Below are positions 1 to 10,200 of a DNA stretch of 64,000 nucleotides, piece by piece. The notes beneath the pieces were generated by a model, which worked only from the letters and a program-made list of their open reading frames with translations, did no database searches and was not told where the DNA came from. Each line of letters begins with the position of its first letter. Position 1 is the stretch's first letter. The DNA comes from Catajapyx aquilonaris (lineage: Eukaryota), in NCBI GenBank assembly GCA_000934665.2, contig JYFJ02000730.1:1-64000 (forward strand), given 5' to 3'. Made by a program: the position numbers and the translations under genes.

Positions 1-189
1 TGGTGCCTGGGACCTTCCCGGAGCAGGAGGTCTCTCCCCTGCAGCCACGGCCCTTCCGCCTCCAACCGGGGGGCGCGTCTGGGATCCTGATGCCACCAGT
101 TCCCTGCCTGGCCTGGCCGCCCCTTCCCCCATGGCCTGAGCCTGCGTGCGGCCCCTGGCCCTACCTCTTGCCCTCCCTTGGCCTTCCAT
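1..189 (-). CDS. Probable PIWI-clade Argonaute (piwi/aubergine-like), first coding exon, truncated by window edge
   Basis: Minus strand acceptor ttttattgcag followed directly by ATG (189) and 63 open codons MEGQGRARGRARGRTQAQAMGEGAARPGR...; an N-terminal GRARGRARGR motif is typical of the Arg-methylated Tudor-binding N-terminus of PIWI proteins. PAZ/PIWI domains are not in the window. Confidence 0.65.
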   Translation of the reverse strand, partial: MEGQGRARGRARGRTQAQAMGEGAARPGRELVASGSQTRPPVGGGRAVAAGERPPAPGRSQAP

Positions 190-1032
190 CTGCAATAAAA
201 GGAGTACATCACGCCAATTAATTTGACATAACGTCCTTGCGTCTCTGAGGTGCAGTAAGAGTCAATTTGCACCAACCTTCCCAACAAGAACCCTCCAAAT
301 CCACAGATAAATCCCAGGTGTAATTTGACACAAGTTAAACATGTCACCTGAAATTTACCTGCATGACCATGCAGAATGCATAAATCCTTTTCACGTGCGG
401 TACATGCTAAATTCCAAAGGGTTAACATACTGATCTCTTTGGTGGTTAATTGGGCTTAACTCATGTTGAGTCATTTCAGAGAACAACTCATCTCGGGTGT
501 GCTACAGGTGGGCCCCCGATTCTTTTTTTCTTGATGCATTTTACCAGCATCTGTACCTATAGAAGTAGTGTATCCAATTTTCACTGCTTCATATTATTAC
601 ATCAATTCACATTAACGCAGATATGCCGAGAGCCCCCGACAGGGGACACCTGCACATTTAGATTTTAATTTTTTTTGCGCTAAAGAGCTGGCAGTAGTCA
701 CTGGTTCTTCAGTCGAGTCACAGCAAATGTTGCAAACTTGCTCGGTATTGCTTCAGCTTTTTAAGATACAAGGTGTTTGTATTATAACTCGGAATAAAAT
801 GACTGCACCTTTATGTTCCGAATATGATTAGTAATTAATTCTCGAATATTGATTAGTGTTATGAGTTCTTTATTGTTCGTAATATTTATAAAACTGATGA
901 ATGATGATGTGGAAATAGAGGCATTTTTTTCTTTTTTTTTTTTTCTTTCCTTGTCGGAGAGGAGTGTTGAAATCTGGCATCTCGGTGGGGAACACAAGAG
1001 GCAAATGCACCCACATCTGGACAAGTAAAGTA

Positions 1033-1198
1033 CAGTAAAACTTCTATAAGTCTAATCTCCATGGGACCGGGAAAAAACCTTCCAGTTATAGAAATTCGAG
1101 TTAGGGAAGTTTATTTCCTATAATTTTACATTGTGACCAACCAAGCTCATCATTTTCCTGAACTTATAGAGAACTTCGACTTAGAGAAGTTTTACTGC
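1033..1198. mobile_element. Tc1/pogo-type MITE
   Basis: TA|CAGTAAAACTTCTATAAGTC ... GACTTAGAGAAGTTTTACTG terminal inverted repeats. Confidence 0.6.
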
Positions 1199-2167
1199 GC
1201 GTGTGGGGATTTTGTATGCTTTGTTGAACTGTATTTTAATGAATCCATATAATTGAACCAAGATATTACATGGCAACTAGTTACCACATGGTAATCGTGG
1301 CAACATTGAACAATGATTGATTGTTGTTGAATGCGACCATTGTGACTAACCTAACATCGACAAGTTGCATCGACAAGTTGATGTCCCTACTTTACAACAT
1401 GCAAATAAACAGTGTAAGCAACATCAGAAGCATAGAATCTTGGAAATGTGAACTTGGCCACTCGAAGCCACTCGGAGGTGAACTTGGCCACCTGTTTTTA
1501 AACCCAAGAAATGGTGAATTTCATGGGAGATAAGTGGTTCTGGACATTACAAGTTATAGGCTATTTCTTCTGCAGTAGCAGAGGAGCCCGTTCTTTGCAC
1601 GGCCTATCCCCATGGTAATGTAATCAACAACAATCAATCATTGTTGATGCAATGGAAATCTGTTGCCATGATTAACTCATTGCTTAAACGTTAGTTTTAA
1701 AACCACCTCGCAGGTCACATCTACTGGAGCAAGAAACCTGACCCGATAATGAGTGTTATTGTCCCAAATCATACCACGGGTGACATGGGTAGATGTCATA
1801 GCATCTCCGCATGTCCAAGAGACATCATACACATATCCTACAGTAAAACCTGTCTGTGTTGGACACTGACGGTACCATTAACCAAGGAAATTGTATAACA
1901 TAGGGAGGTGTCCGACATATTAGGATTTCAATCTCTTGGGTTTCGCAGTGCAGCACAGCAATGTATACAAGTAAGTACTGTACAGTAATCATCCCGTAAT
2001 CAACTTTCAATGCACATTTTCTTATTTTCGGTACGGTACAGCACAGTGTAGTACATGAAATTTCTGAAATGGGATTACTTTTTTTTTAGGTTTATAAATC
2101 GGTAACAAGTGACTCTTCAATCAGAGAAATTTCTTTTGGGCAGGAAAAATAAATGTCGTCATTAATA

Positions 2168-2411
2168 AAGCGCGGTTCACAAATAAAAAATCGTGCGATT
2201 CAGCCACAGCGGCCTAATTCCCCTCCCATCGCCTGCGATGGATCCCGACGTGCGATCAAATCAAGCCAGGCTGAATCTGGCCGCAGATGCGGCTCCTCAC
2301 CTATTCTGACTGGCTTGATTTGATCGCACGTTGGGATCCATCGCAGGCAATGGGAGGGGAATTCGGCTGCTGCGGCCAAATCGCACGATTTTTTATTTGT
2401 GAACCGAGCTT
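2168..2411. mobile_element. Palindromic MITE, PIF/Harbinger-like
   Basis: ~100-bp inverted arms (GGTTCACAAATAAAAAATCGTGCGATT ... AATCGCACGATTTTTTATTTGTGAACC) with TAA/TTA flanks. Confidence 0.7.
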
Positions 2412-2453
2412 TAGAGTGGCATGCGAAAGCATGAAGTTCTAATATTTTATGTA

Positions 2454-2615
2454 CAGTGCCGGCCAAATATCTAGGCAACCGCCAGCGACACTTTTCCAAG
2501 ACGGCAGAAGAGGGAATCTGGCTTGCCCGGCTTGTAGCATGCTTATCTTCGATTCCTTCTTCTGCCGCTTCGGAAAAATGTCGCTGGCGGTTGCCTCGAT
2601 ATATGGCCAGCACTG
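2454..2615. mobile_element. Palindromic MITE; second partial copy at ~5754-5890
   Basis: CAGTGCCGGCCA...TGGCCAGCACTG arms flanked by TA; near-identical body recurs at 5754-5890. Confidence 0.75.
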
Positions 2616-2745
2616 TACTCACGGGCATCCCGATGAGAAGGTGGTTTACCATCCTAACCAGGTTTTATAGTCTATTCATCTTCTGAAGATATACTTTGTG
2701 TATTCTGCAACACCTGCTTCAGCACCTCATGTGCATTGCCACCGT

Positions 2746-2829
2746 ATTCATCCTCCGTTGTCATACAGTTGGCATTGTCTTCATGTCTTGAAGTGACATT
2801 GCCAACTGTATGACAACGGAGGATCAATA
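2746..2829. mobile_element. Short hairpin MITE
   Basis: ATCCTCCGTTGTCATACAGTTGGCA / TGCCAACTGTATGACAACGGAGGAT inverted arms. Confidence 0.6.
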
Positions 2830-3162
2830 GGGCGCACATGTCTTGAAGTTTTTAGAGACAAAAAGAAGAAGAAAATAGTCATGAAGAGTAAAAGTGAAAA
2901 TTATACTGCACATGTCCAACTTACGAGGGGAAAAAGTGTCAAACTTCCAAGATTGGACAGGTGTCCAACTTAGCAACATTGCAAGGGATAGGTTTTTCCA
3001 AGCTTTCCAAAAGTAATGTCCAACATATGAAGTTGTCCAACTTGACAGGTTTTACTGTACCACTGTGATAGGAACAGCGTGAGTAGGTACTATATCACTC
3101 AAAAACACAGACGACTTGGCATTTGATTCAAGTACAAGTTGCACTTGAGTCACATGCAAAAT

Positions 3163-3312
3163 TGGGGCCGTGCAGACGGGCCAAGCTTAGCCGCGGCTGG
3201 CCGCGGCCCTGGCCAACTTCCAGGAAGTTGGCCTACCTTGTAAGCCGTGGCCTGGCCGTGGCTTGCCAGGTGTGACCGTCGCGGCTAAGCTTGGCCCGTC
3301 TGCATGGCCCCC
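3163..3312. mobile_element. GC-rich palindromic MITE (Harbinger-like)
   Basis: GGGGCCGTGCAGACGGGCCAAGCTTAGCCGCG ... CGCGGCTAAGCTTGGCCCGTCTGCATGGCCCC. Confidence 0.7.
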
Positions 3313-3440
3313 TAGTCTCTATAATTGAGATGTCTAAAAAACATAAGTCCTACATTTCACAAAATCCATGACAGGTACAGGAACATAAGGGACATTCATC
3401 TTCAACACTTGGCATAGACTTGGCTTGTCTTGCTGTGATA

Positions 3441-4080
3441 TGCCAAAAATATATGTCATTACTCGCAAATGACAAGCTCATTGCTTGGCTTGCCTCCCTT
3501 GCTCATGTACGGTGTCCAAGACTTCTCATCGCCAGCTTCACCGACGTAACCCTAATATTCGGGAAACCTTTTTTTTTTTTTAAATCCTTGCTATTGCACT
3601 GACCAAATAAGCCAATCCCTCTGCTTCATTCAACAGAGGCAAAGTCATCTACTCCCTTCATTTTCTTTGGAACCTTCAGATGCCACAAAAGCTCCCTTCT
3701 GCCAGGAAAACAACTCTACAGAAATGATTGTCTAGGCCCTAGCTGCTGGATGTTCAACACATGTTGGGAAAGACATGATACATGACGAGGTAACAACTGC
3801 TTATCTGGGGAATTACTTGCAAGTGTGGCATCTGAAGGTGCCAAAGAAAATGAGAAAAAAAAAAAGTAGATGAACTTTGACTTTGTTGAATGAAGCAGAA
3901 GAATAGGCTAAGTTGGGTGGTTCAATAGCATGGATTTCTTTTTAAAGGTTTCCTGAATGTTAGGGTTTGTTTGTGAAGCTGGCGACAAGACGTCCGTCGT
4001 GGACACTGCACACGAGCAAAGGATTGAGCCAAGAAATGAGCTTTTGTCATTTGCGAGTAATGACCGATTTATTTTTGGCA
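3441..4080. mobile_element. Foldback element with ~250-bp imperfect inverted arms
   Basis: 3441-3687 (TGCCAAAAAT..GTCATTACTCGCAAATGACAA..CCTTCAGATGCCACA) is the imperfect reverse complement of 3824-4080. Confidence 0.75.
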
Positions 4081-4081
4081 C

Positions 4082-4548
4082 TCCTTATATAGAGCCCATG
4101 ACGTCACACCCACGCTACTCCTGATTGGTCCACGAGGACTTTACGAGGCCTCTGATTGGATCTCCCTCTCCCCCCCCCCCCACCTAAACAACGGAATGTT
4201 CTCCCCCTCCCTCCACCTCCCAACCACCCACTACGGATTGTTCTAGAATGTTCGGCCAATTCACCAAAAAAAATGGGAGTCCATTTTTCGCGAATAAACA
4301 TTACTTCCGAATGGGTCTGGATCAGTCTCGATTAACAACAAATTGCTCGAAATGTGTGCTAAAAAGGGGCGGCAAGGTTATGACCCAAGACCGCCATCTA
4401 ATGACCTGGCTGACTTATTCCAACTCACTGACTGTGGTATGGTTGAGAAATGGCCGCGAATCTAAACTACATCCCGATATGATTTTAAAATGTGCAAAAA
4501 AGTCACCCGGGTGTGCATGGATCGCACCAGACGAAGCGCAGTACCTAG
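4082..4548 (+). mobile_element. Helitron-like non-autonomous element
   Basis: Starts TCCTTATATAG with CTGATTGG motifs as in the Helitrons at 56152-56554; ends with GC-rich hairpin region and CTAG|T at 4545-4549. First ~50 bp are repeated at 5487-5537. Confidence 0.4.
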
Positions 4549-5373
4549 TCTAATATACTGGCATGAATGTGACGAGAAAAATAATTAAAGAGAAGGGGGG
4601 GGGAGGGGGGGGGGGGCATACCTGCCTGCCCGACCCGACCAAAATTGGTTCAAGATGGCGTCCCTTTGGCTTCCAAGTCATGGCTGTGATTATTTTCACA
4701 AATTATGTATACTTTTTAGGAAATTGCTCCTATTTTTTATGTCATCTGTCAGCCCATAGGAGTTCAGGCTTCAGTCGCGAAAGAGGGTTGGGTTGAAGCA
4801 AGTCCCATTGAAGGGGGAGGGGAACAACGGCTGAAGGGGGGGGCAAAAGGACGCCGAGATGTTTCCAAGATGGCGTCACCACCCCACCATTTCTCCCCTT
4901 TCTCGTCCCCTTTTTCCCCCTCCAAGGAAAGGGGAAGGAAGAGGGGGAGACCTGGGGGAAACTGACTAGCGTGGTCGGGCACCACCCGCCATTTCTCGTC
5001 CTTTTTCCCCTCCAAGCACAAGGAAGGGGGGAGGAAGAGGGGAGACGGACTGGCGTGGTCGGGCCGCCATCTTCTTTTCACCCCCCCTCGAGTAAAGCTA
5101 GTGCTATAGACCCCCACCTCCCCCGTGGTTATTGCCCGCGTCACGCACACGGGCCGCCCCTGGGTCCTAGCATCTCCAACCAAACGCGACTCGCTCAGAA
5201 AAGAGGCCTCGTCTTCCCCTGACTGTTCCCCCCAGAGAGAGGCGGGTCTTAGCGCCTTCCCTCGCACCCACCCGAGGCTGGTTCCTTCCGCCGCCCCGGG
5301 GCCCATCGCCCACCGAGTCGCCCCCCTCCTTGCACAAGCAGCCCAACGAATCAACAAGGGGGACCACACATAC

Positions 5374-5537
5374 CATTCGAAGATCTCTTCTTCACCACAC
5401 ACTACTTCGACAGAGAGACGGAATCGAACACGACTGTTTCTGATGGCGTCTGAGGGGCGAAGAGAGCGATCGAAACGAACCCACCCTCCTTATATAGGGC
5501 CCATGACGTCACACCGACGCTACTCCTGATTGGTCCG
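5374..5537 (-). promoter_or_regulatory. Pol II promoter cassette (CCAAT, CRE, TATA) and candidate leader exon
   Basis: Minus strand order CCAATC (~5533), TGACGTCA (5504-5511), TATATAAGG (~5488-5496), then ~90 nt ending AATG|GTATGT donor at 5374/5373. Confidence 0.45.
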
Positions 5538-5647
5538 GGGAGTCTCCGGCCACTCCCGCTTTGGCAATGTTGCCGGATCGAAACAAACGGCGGCCTGCCC
5601 TCTCTGAGCAGTATAAGAATCCCCATCGGAAGGACCTACTCCAGCGG

Positions 5648-5730
5648 TGGCTGCCGTAGCGGAATGGACAGCGCCCTGGCCTGTAGATCAGAAGGCTGCA
5701 GGTTCGCGTCCGGCTGGGGCTTCTTTTTTT
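5648..5730 (+). pseudogene. Degenerate tRNA (Tyr-GTA-like) or tRNA-derived SINE head
   Basis: A-box-like TAGCGGAATGG, loop CTGTAGA, B-box GGTTCGCGTCC, followed by a T-run; acceptor and anticodon stems pair poorly. Confidence 0.55.
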
Positions 5731-6199
5731 TATTTTCCCCTCCCTCTTTTTTTCGCCAGCGACATTTTTCTGAAGCGGCAGAAGAAGGAATCTTGTTCGC
5801 CCGGCTTGTAGTATGCTTATCTTCGATTCCTTCTTCTGCCACTTCGGAAAAATGTCGCTGGCGGTTGCCTCGTTATATGGCCAACAGTGTACTGGTGGTC
5901 CTTGGACACTTCCTGATCATGGGAAAACCATTGGCATGTTTCCATGTTTGACTGTGACATGATAACTGCGGAATTAATTGTGCTCAGATAATAACTACGG
6001 TTACGACCAGTTTACTAACAAGGTCGTAACCATAGTTACTCATAATTAACTAACCATAGTTACGACAAAAAGTTGACTTCCGACATTTGATGAATCCACT
6101 CCCTGGCTTCTTGACTAATGGTAAATGCAAATGCTGAGCGTCGTCATTATGGCAATATCATTCAAACGAAGGCATAAGAACTAATTTGGGATCTACTAT

Positions 6200-6480
6200 C
6201 CATCAACCATACAACCAGACGAAACATGGGAGAAATCAGAGGCCCTGGTGAGGCGGCAACTAACAATGTACAACCTGCATAGCGACCCGGGCACAGTGGA
6301 GATAGAAAGGGCACATCGTATCGGGCGGGGCCCAGGACAACGGCCAGTGGTCTGCAAGTTTCTGAGGTTCGTAGACAAGGACTTTATCATCCTAACCGCC
6401 TGGAAAAGCTGACAGTAACGGAAGATTACGCGTGGGAGACACGCTGATTGAGGAGGAATCTGATCCAGCTGTCTTGCCCT
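6200..6480 (+). mobile_element. Non-LTR retrotransposon ORF1 relic (L1-type RRM as in CR1/L2/Crack ORF1s)
   Basis: Manual translation ETWEKSEALVR...VEIERAHRIGRGPGQRPVVCKFLRFVDKDFI and, after a frameshift, VTEDYAWETR*LRRNL; stops and frameshift present. Confidence 0.75.
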
Positions 6481-7438
6481 CGTCAACTCGTAGAAACGTA
6501 GAAACACATTTTGACTTCCACACGTCAACCGCGGTGAAGAAATTCAACCCGAGCCATGGGGAGGGCAGCCCACTACCTACGCAAAGATGGCCCACAAAAA
6601 GGTCTGTCAAGTAGCGATCAAGCCATAGATTGCTCAAACGAGCGTTCAATTATCTACACATTTAATTGCTGATTACTCGATAAATGCTTGTGATCTTCAC
6701 ATGGAACGATATGGGAACGATCAGTGACAATGCAACCATTACCTTGTTAGTGTAGCTATACAAATGAAAACTTAAATGCAATTAAAAAACCATGCAAAAT
6801 AACCCCCCCCCCCACAGCCTTGTTATTACCAAGTTGCAGTAGTCTTCAACCTTCTCACAATCAGAACTTCTTCCTTCTTTAAACTCTAAGCAAGAGAACA
6901 AAAAGGAACGCTGCCGGAGGCGGCCATGTTTAGATCGGAAATCGGTCTGGCAACACTTACATGCAAAGCAACTACAGGGGGTCATATTTCGACCTGGAAT
7001 TGTCCAGATATTATCAAAAGTGTGCAAGTGTAGTTTAATTGACGTAATTATTATTACGATTTATATACAAATATTCGCAAAAAAAAATTCTTTCAGTCAA
7101 CTCCATTCGTCTGGCAACCCTGATTTCAAAATGGCGGCTTCCATTTTTCTAAACGTTCGAAAATTGACATTTTTTAAAACATTTTCACAATAATTCCTCT
7201 GCTAATCGTGGTTAAAGTCTAAATTATTTACGACTGCCTTCATTAGCGTCGGTACGTATTTATGAACACACGGTAAAGTATAATTGGAATCATTATAACT
7301 ACAAAAAGCTGGGGGTCACTTGTCACTGTCAAAAACATGTTTTTGACAATCTTTTATAGCCTATCCTTCACATGCTATAAGTTTTATCTTGTTGTCCTGA
7401 CATGCCGGATATGGACCTCACTTTTATTTTCCAGCAGG

Positions 7439-7852
7439 ATGTCCACTAGTCGCCTCTGCATTTACTGCTGGGAGATGGTTCGACCGGACGACCTGGAGCA
7501 CGCCTGCTATGGACGAGAACTGCGGTGCCAAAAGTGCGGGCTGTACGCACTCACTCGGAGGGGACTTGACGATCACAGCCTGAGGTGCGATGGAGCCAAG
7601 CAGCCCCAGCACTTGACCATGACCAGATGGCGTGTCCCGCAGGAGGAGATCTTCATGCCGAGTGATTCAAGCGACCCGGAGGATCTTACGTGCCCGCATT
7701 GCGGCACCAAGTACAAGATGATAAATCACCTGAGACGGCACATGGCCCAGCACAACAAGTCGAAACCAAATATGGTCGAATGTAATGAATGCGGAGTGTG
7801 GATCACCAACAAGGCAAATTTGGCGAAACACATGAGACGTATGCACATGTAA
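7439..7852 (+). CDS. Small zinc-finger protein (two C-terminal C2H2 fingers, Cys-rich N-terminus)
   Basis: Acceptor tttccagcag|gATG; CPHC...H...H and CNEC...H....H fingers; N-terminal LCIYCWE and CQKCGLYA. Confidence 0.75.
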   Translation: MSTSRLCIYCWEMVRPDDLEHACYGRELRCQKCGLYALTRRGLDDHSLRCDGAKQPQHLTMTRWRVPQEEIFMPSDSSDPEDLTCPHCGTKYKMINHLRRHMAQHNKSKPNMVECNECGVWITNKANLAKHMRRMHM

Positions 7853-7903
7853 AGGAAGACTCTCATGATTACAATGTGCCAAAATGCTACGTACAGTCAT
7901 AAA

Positions 7904-8303
7904 GGGGGTGGATTCATCAAATGTCGTAACCGCCGGTAGTAAACATAGTCACTAATAAGTGCTAATAATTAACTACGGGCGACACGGTGGCGGAGTGGTT
8001 AGCGCCACAGCCTTCCACCTCTAAGGTCCCGAGTTCGATCCACGGGTCGGGCAGAGGATACTTATGTGAATAGAGTTTCGATGGGTTCTCTCCGCGTTCT
8101 CGTAGGTTTTCTCGGGGTTCTCCCGTTTCCTCCCGCAATCAAAATCCATCACATTACAGGCAAATAATTAAAGTCGGTTCATGAAAATATGATCCCCTAA
8201 GAGGCCCAAGGCCTACCACGGGGTATCCATTATTATTATTATTATTATTATTATTATAATAATAATTAACTATGGTTACGACGAGGCTTATGACATTTGA
8301 TGG
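7904..8303. mobile_element. GGATTCATCAAATGTC MITE family copy interrupted by a SINE; other copies ~5990-6100, 22820-22931, 43004-43105
   Basis: Shared TIR GGATTCATCAAATGTC...GACATTTGATG and internal TAATAATTAACTATGGTTACGAC. Confidence 0.65.
7976..8259 (+). mobile_element. tRNA-derived SINE with V-type central domain
   Basis: A box TGGCGGAGTGG, B box AGTTCGATCC, V-like GGTTTTCTCGGGGTTCTCCCGTTTCCTCCC, (ATT)n tail, 13-bp TSD TAATAATTAACTA (7963-7975 / 8260-8272). Confidence 0.85.
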
Positions 8304-9148
8304 TCAAGGCTGCACTAGGCGGATAAGACAAATAATTTTCATGATGCGGAGGAAAAAACGATTAAAATTTGCTATGCTAAATGTACTGCTTGCCTTGTCA
8401 TTTAGAACTTTAGATAATTAAGCTAATGTGTGAATTAAAGACTGATACACCTGAAGAGTGACTGATTCTCCTTCCGCCTGTATATACAGTGACACAGTGT
8501 AGAAGTATCTCATGTGATGTAAAAAATTGTGACTAAATTTCCTAACGAGGGAAGGGGGGAGAAATTTTAAAAAAAGCTTCATTAGTTCCCACGACTTTTT
8601 AATTGGAAACAAAACTATGTAAACCTTGACAAAACGTTTCACGTGCAGTTTACATAAAGTGAAAGCTAATAGTATAATAAAGATTTCACTATGTTTAACT
8701 ATCACATAAAAAAAGGGAAGATAACACAGGGCAACTTGTCCCAACTTCGCTTCGATTAAATGTCCAACGCAATTAAAATATTATCCGGTAATGTCACTGT
8801 CGGACTGCTTGCATGCAAGTGCATTGGTAAACTACTTTGGGACAATACAAAACAAGTCAAAGCCTTTCCGTAATTTCACCAGTGCGCCCCCTGACAACTA
8901 CTAACGCATTATAATATACAGTATGATTTCTAAAAAATAATATACTTTATACACATCAGTCAAGACATTCAATTAAGGCAGCTTATCCTTGTACAAATTA
9001 TTACACAAGTGACCTCAATCTACCCTTTGGATTCTGCGAGATGTTACACTTTTCCTGCCTGGAATAGATTTTCCAATCGGTAGAGAGCAGCAGGCCATAA
9101 AATTTCAAACAATGAGCCATGACGGCACAAGTTTGTATATCACCAAAG

Positions 9149-9834
9149 CAGGGAGCATAATTATACTGCATAAGAGGCGCAACATTCGATTTCCGCGTCT
9201 CTCTGTTTGGGGCCGTTGCCAAGGCTTGCGGCCATATTGAAGTGTGGGGAACGCCAACAAGGTATAAATAGGGTACAGGCGGGGAGGCGAAGTGGCCCAC
9301 GGATGTTAAGGTCCCGGGTTCGATCCCGGCCCGGGGACACCCCCTTCATCTCGTGCAGAGTAAAGTGTCGTCTCTGACTTCGTCTCGGGTGGAATATCCA
9401 CAGACTAATCCACCCGGGGGAGATCACAAAACGGCCACATGCAGACAAGGCACTGCAATTGCACATCCCCTCCTGTCATCCCTTCCTGCCCGTGGGCCCG
9501 GGCATGATGAATAGGATCCAGCTGTACTGATGATTAATAATAAAGGTCCGGCAAAACCCCAATAGGAGTACGCCTATACCCAATTGTTAACTATTATTAT
9601 TATTACTATTAAAATAGGGTACAGGCAAAATTAGGGTCCGCCATCTTTGATGGTTTTGGTGGCCATGGCAACTACATGGCAAGAACACGCGCGAATCAAA
9701 GATGGCGGACCCTATTTTTGCCTGTACCCTATTTATACCTTGTTGGCGTTCCCCACACTTCAAGATGGCCGCCAGCCTTGGCAACGCCCCAAACAGAGAG
9801 ACGCAGAAATCGAATGTAGTATATATGCTCCCTG
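9149..9834. mobile_element. Palindromic MITE (P/hAT-type) interrupted by a SINE
   Basis: CAGGGAGCATA...TATGCTCCCTG termini, long inverted arms, flanking ACCAAAG duplication (9142-9148 / 9835-9841). Confidence 0.75.
9281..9611 (+). mobile_element. tRNA-derived SINE (slightly 5'-truncated)
   Basis: B box GGTTCGATCCC, (TAT)n tail, perfect 15-bp TSD AAATAGGGTACAGGC (9266-9280 / 9612-9626). Confidence 0.85.
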
Positions 9835-10200
9835 ACCAAAGGCACTTTTTAACGTCCCAAATCAAACGCTGCAGAATTTGTGGCAAGAAAAAAATAAGCC
9901 TAGGTAAAACTTAAAGCATGGGCCGACTCATCATGAGTCATCATGCCCTTAGTTGAAGAAGCACTTCATTATTGAAATGATGACTGGACTCAACCTGTTA
10001 ACACCCTTTCCCTTAACTAGAGGTCATCAGGTTGAAATAAACCCTCGCAGATGATAGTTTCAAACGTACAAATGTGCAGGAGGGAGGTATAAAATAGTGT
10101 GGCGTAACTACTGCCTAGTAAAAATATACTTGTGCATTACTTGCTGCCCTCGTTCTTGGCTGGGGGCTTATGGAAAACTCCAAAATGCGGATGAACCCAA

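Larger units (their letters stand above)
1841..3057. mobile_element. pogo/Tigger-like non-autonomous element hosting three nested palindromic elements
   Basis: TA|CAGTAAAACCTGTC at 1841 and GACAGGTTTTACTG|TA ending 3057; GTCCAACTT subterminal repeats 2914-3043. Confidence 0.6.

Noticed and set aside
3..221. Plus-strand 72-aa ORF
   Set aside because: Antisense shadow of the minus-strand RG-rich exon.
4764..5529. ORFs in the GC-rich block
   Set aside because: Low-complexity, present on both strands, expected from high GC.
5648..5730. Functional tRNA-Tyr gene
   Set aside because: Acceptor and anticodon stems mismatched; kept as pseudogene or SINE head.
9500..9570. Hammerhead or HDV ribozyme in the SINE (CTGATGA at ~9527)
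   Set aside because: No stem II followed by GAAA and no HDV pseudoknot core found by eye.
9990..10070. Minus-strand GAAAC...CTGATGA hammerhead candidate
   Set aside because: Stems I and II cannot be formed.
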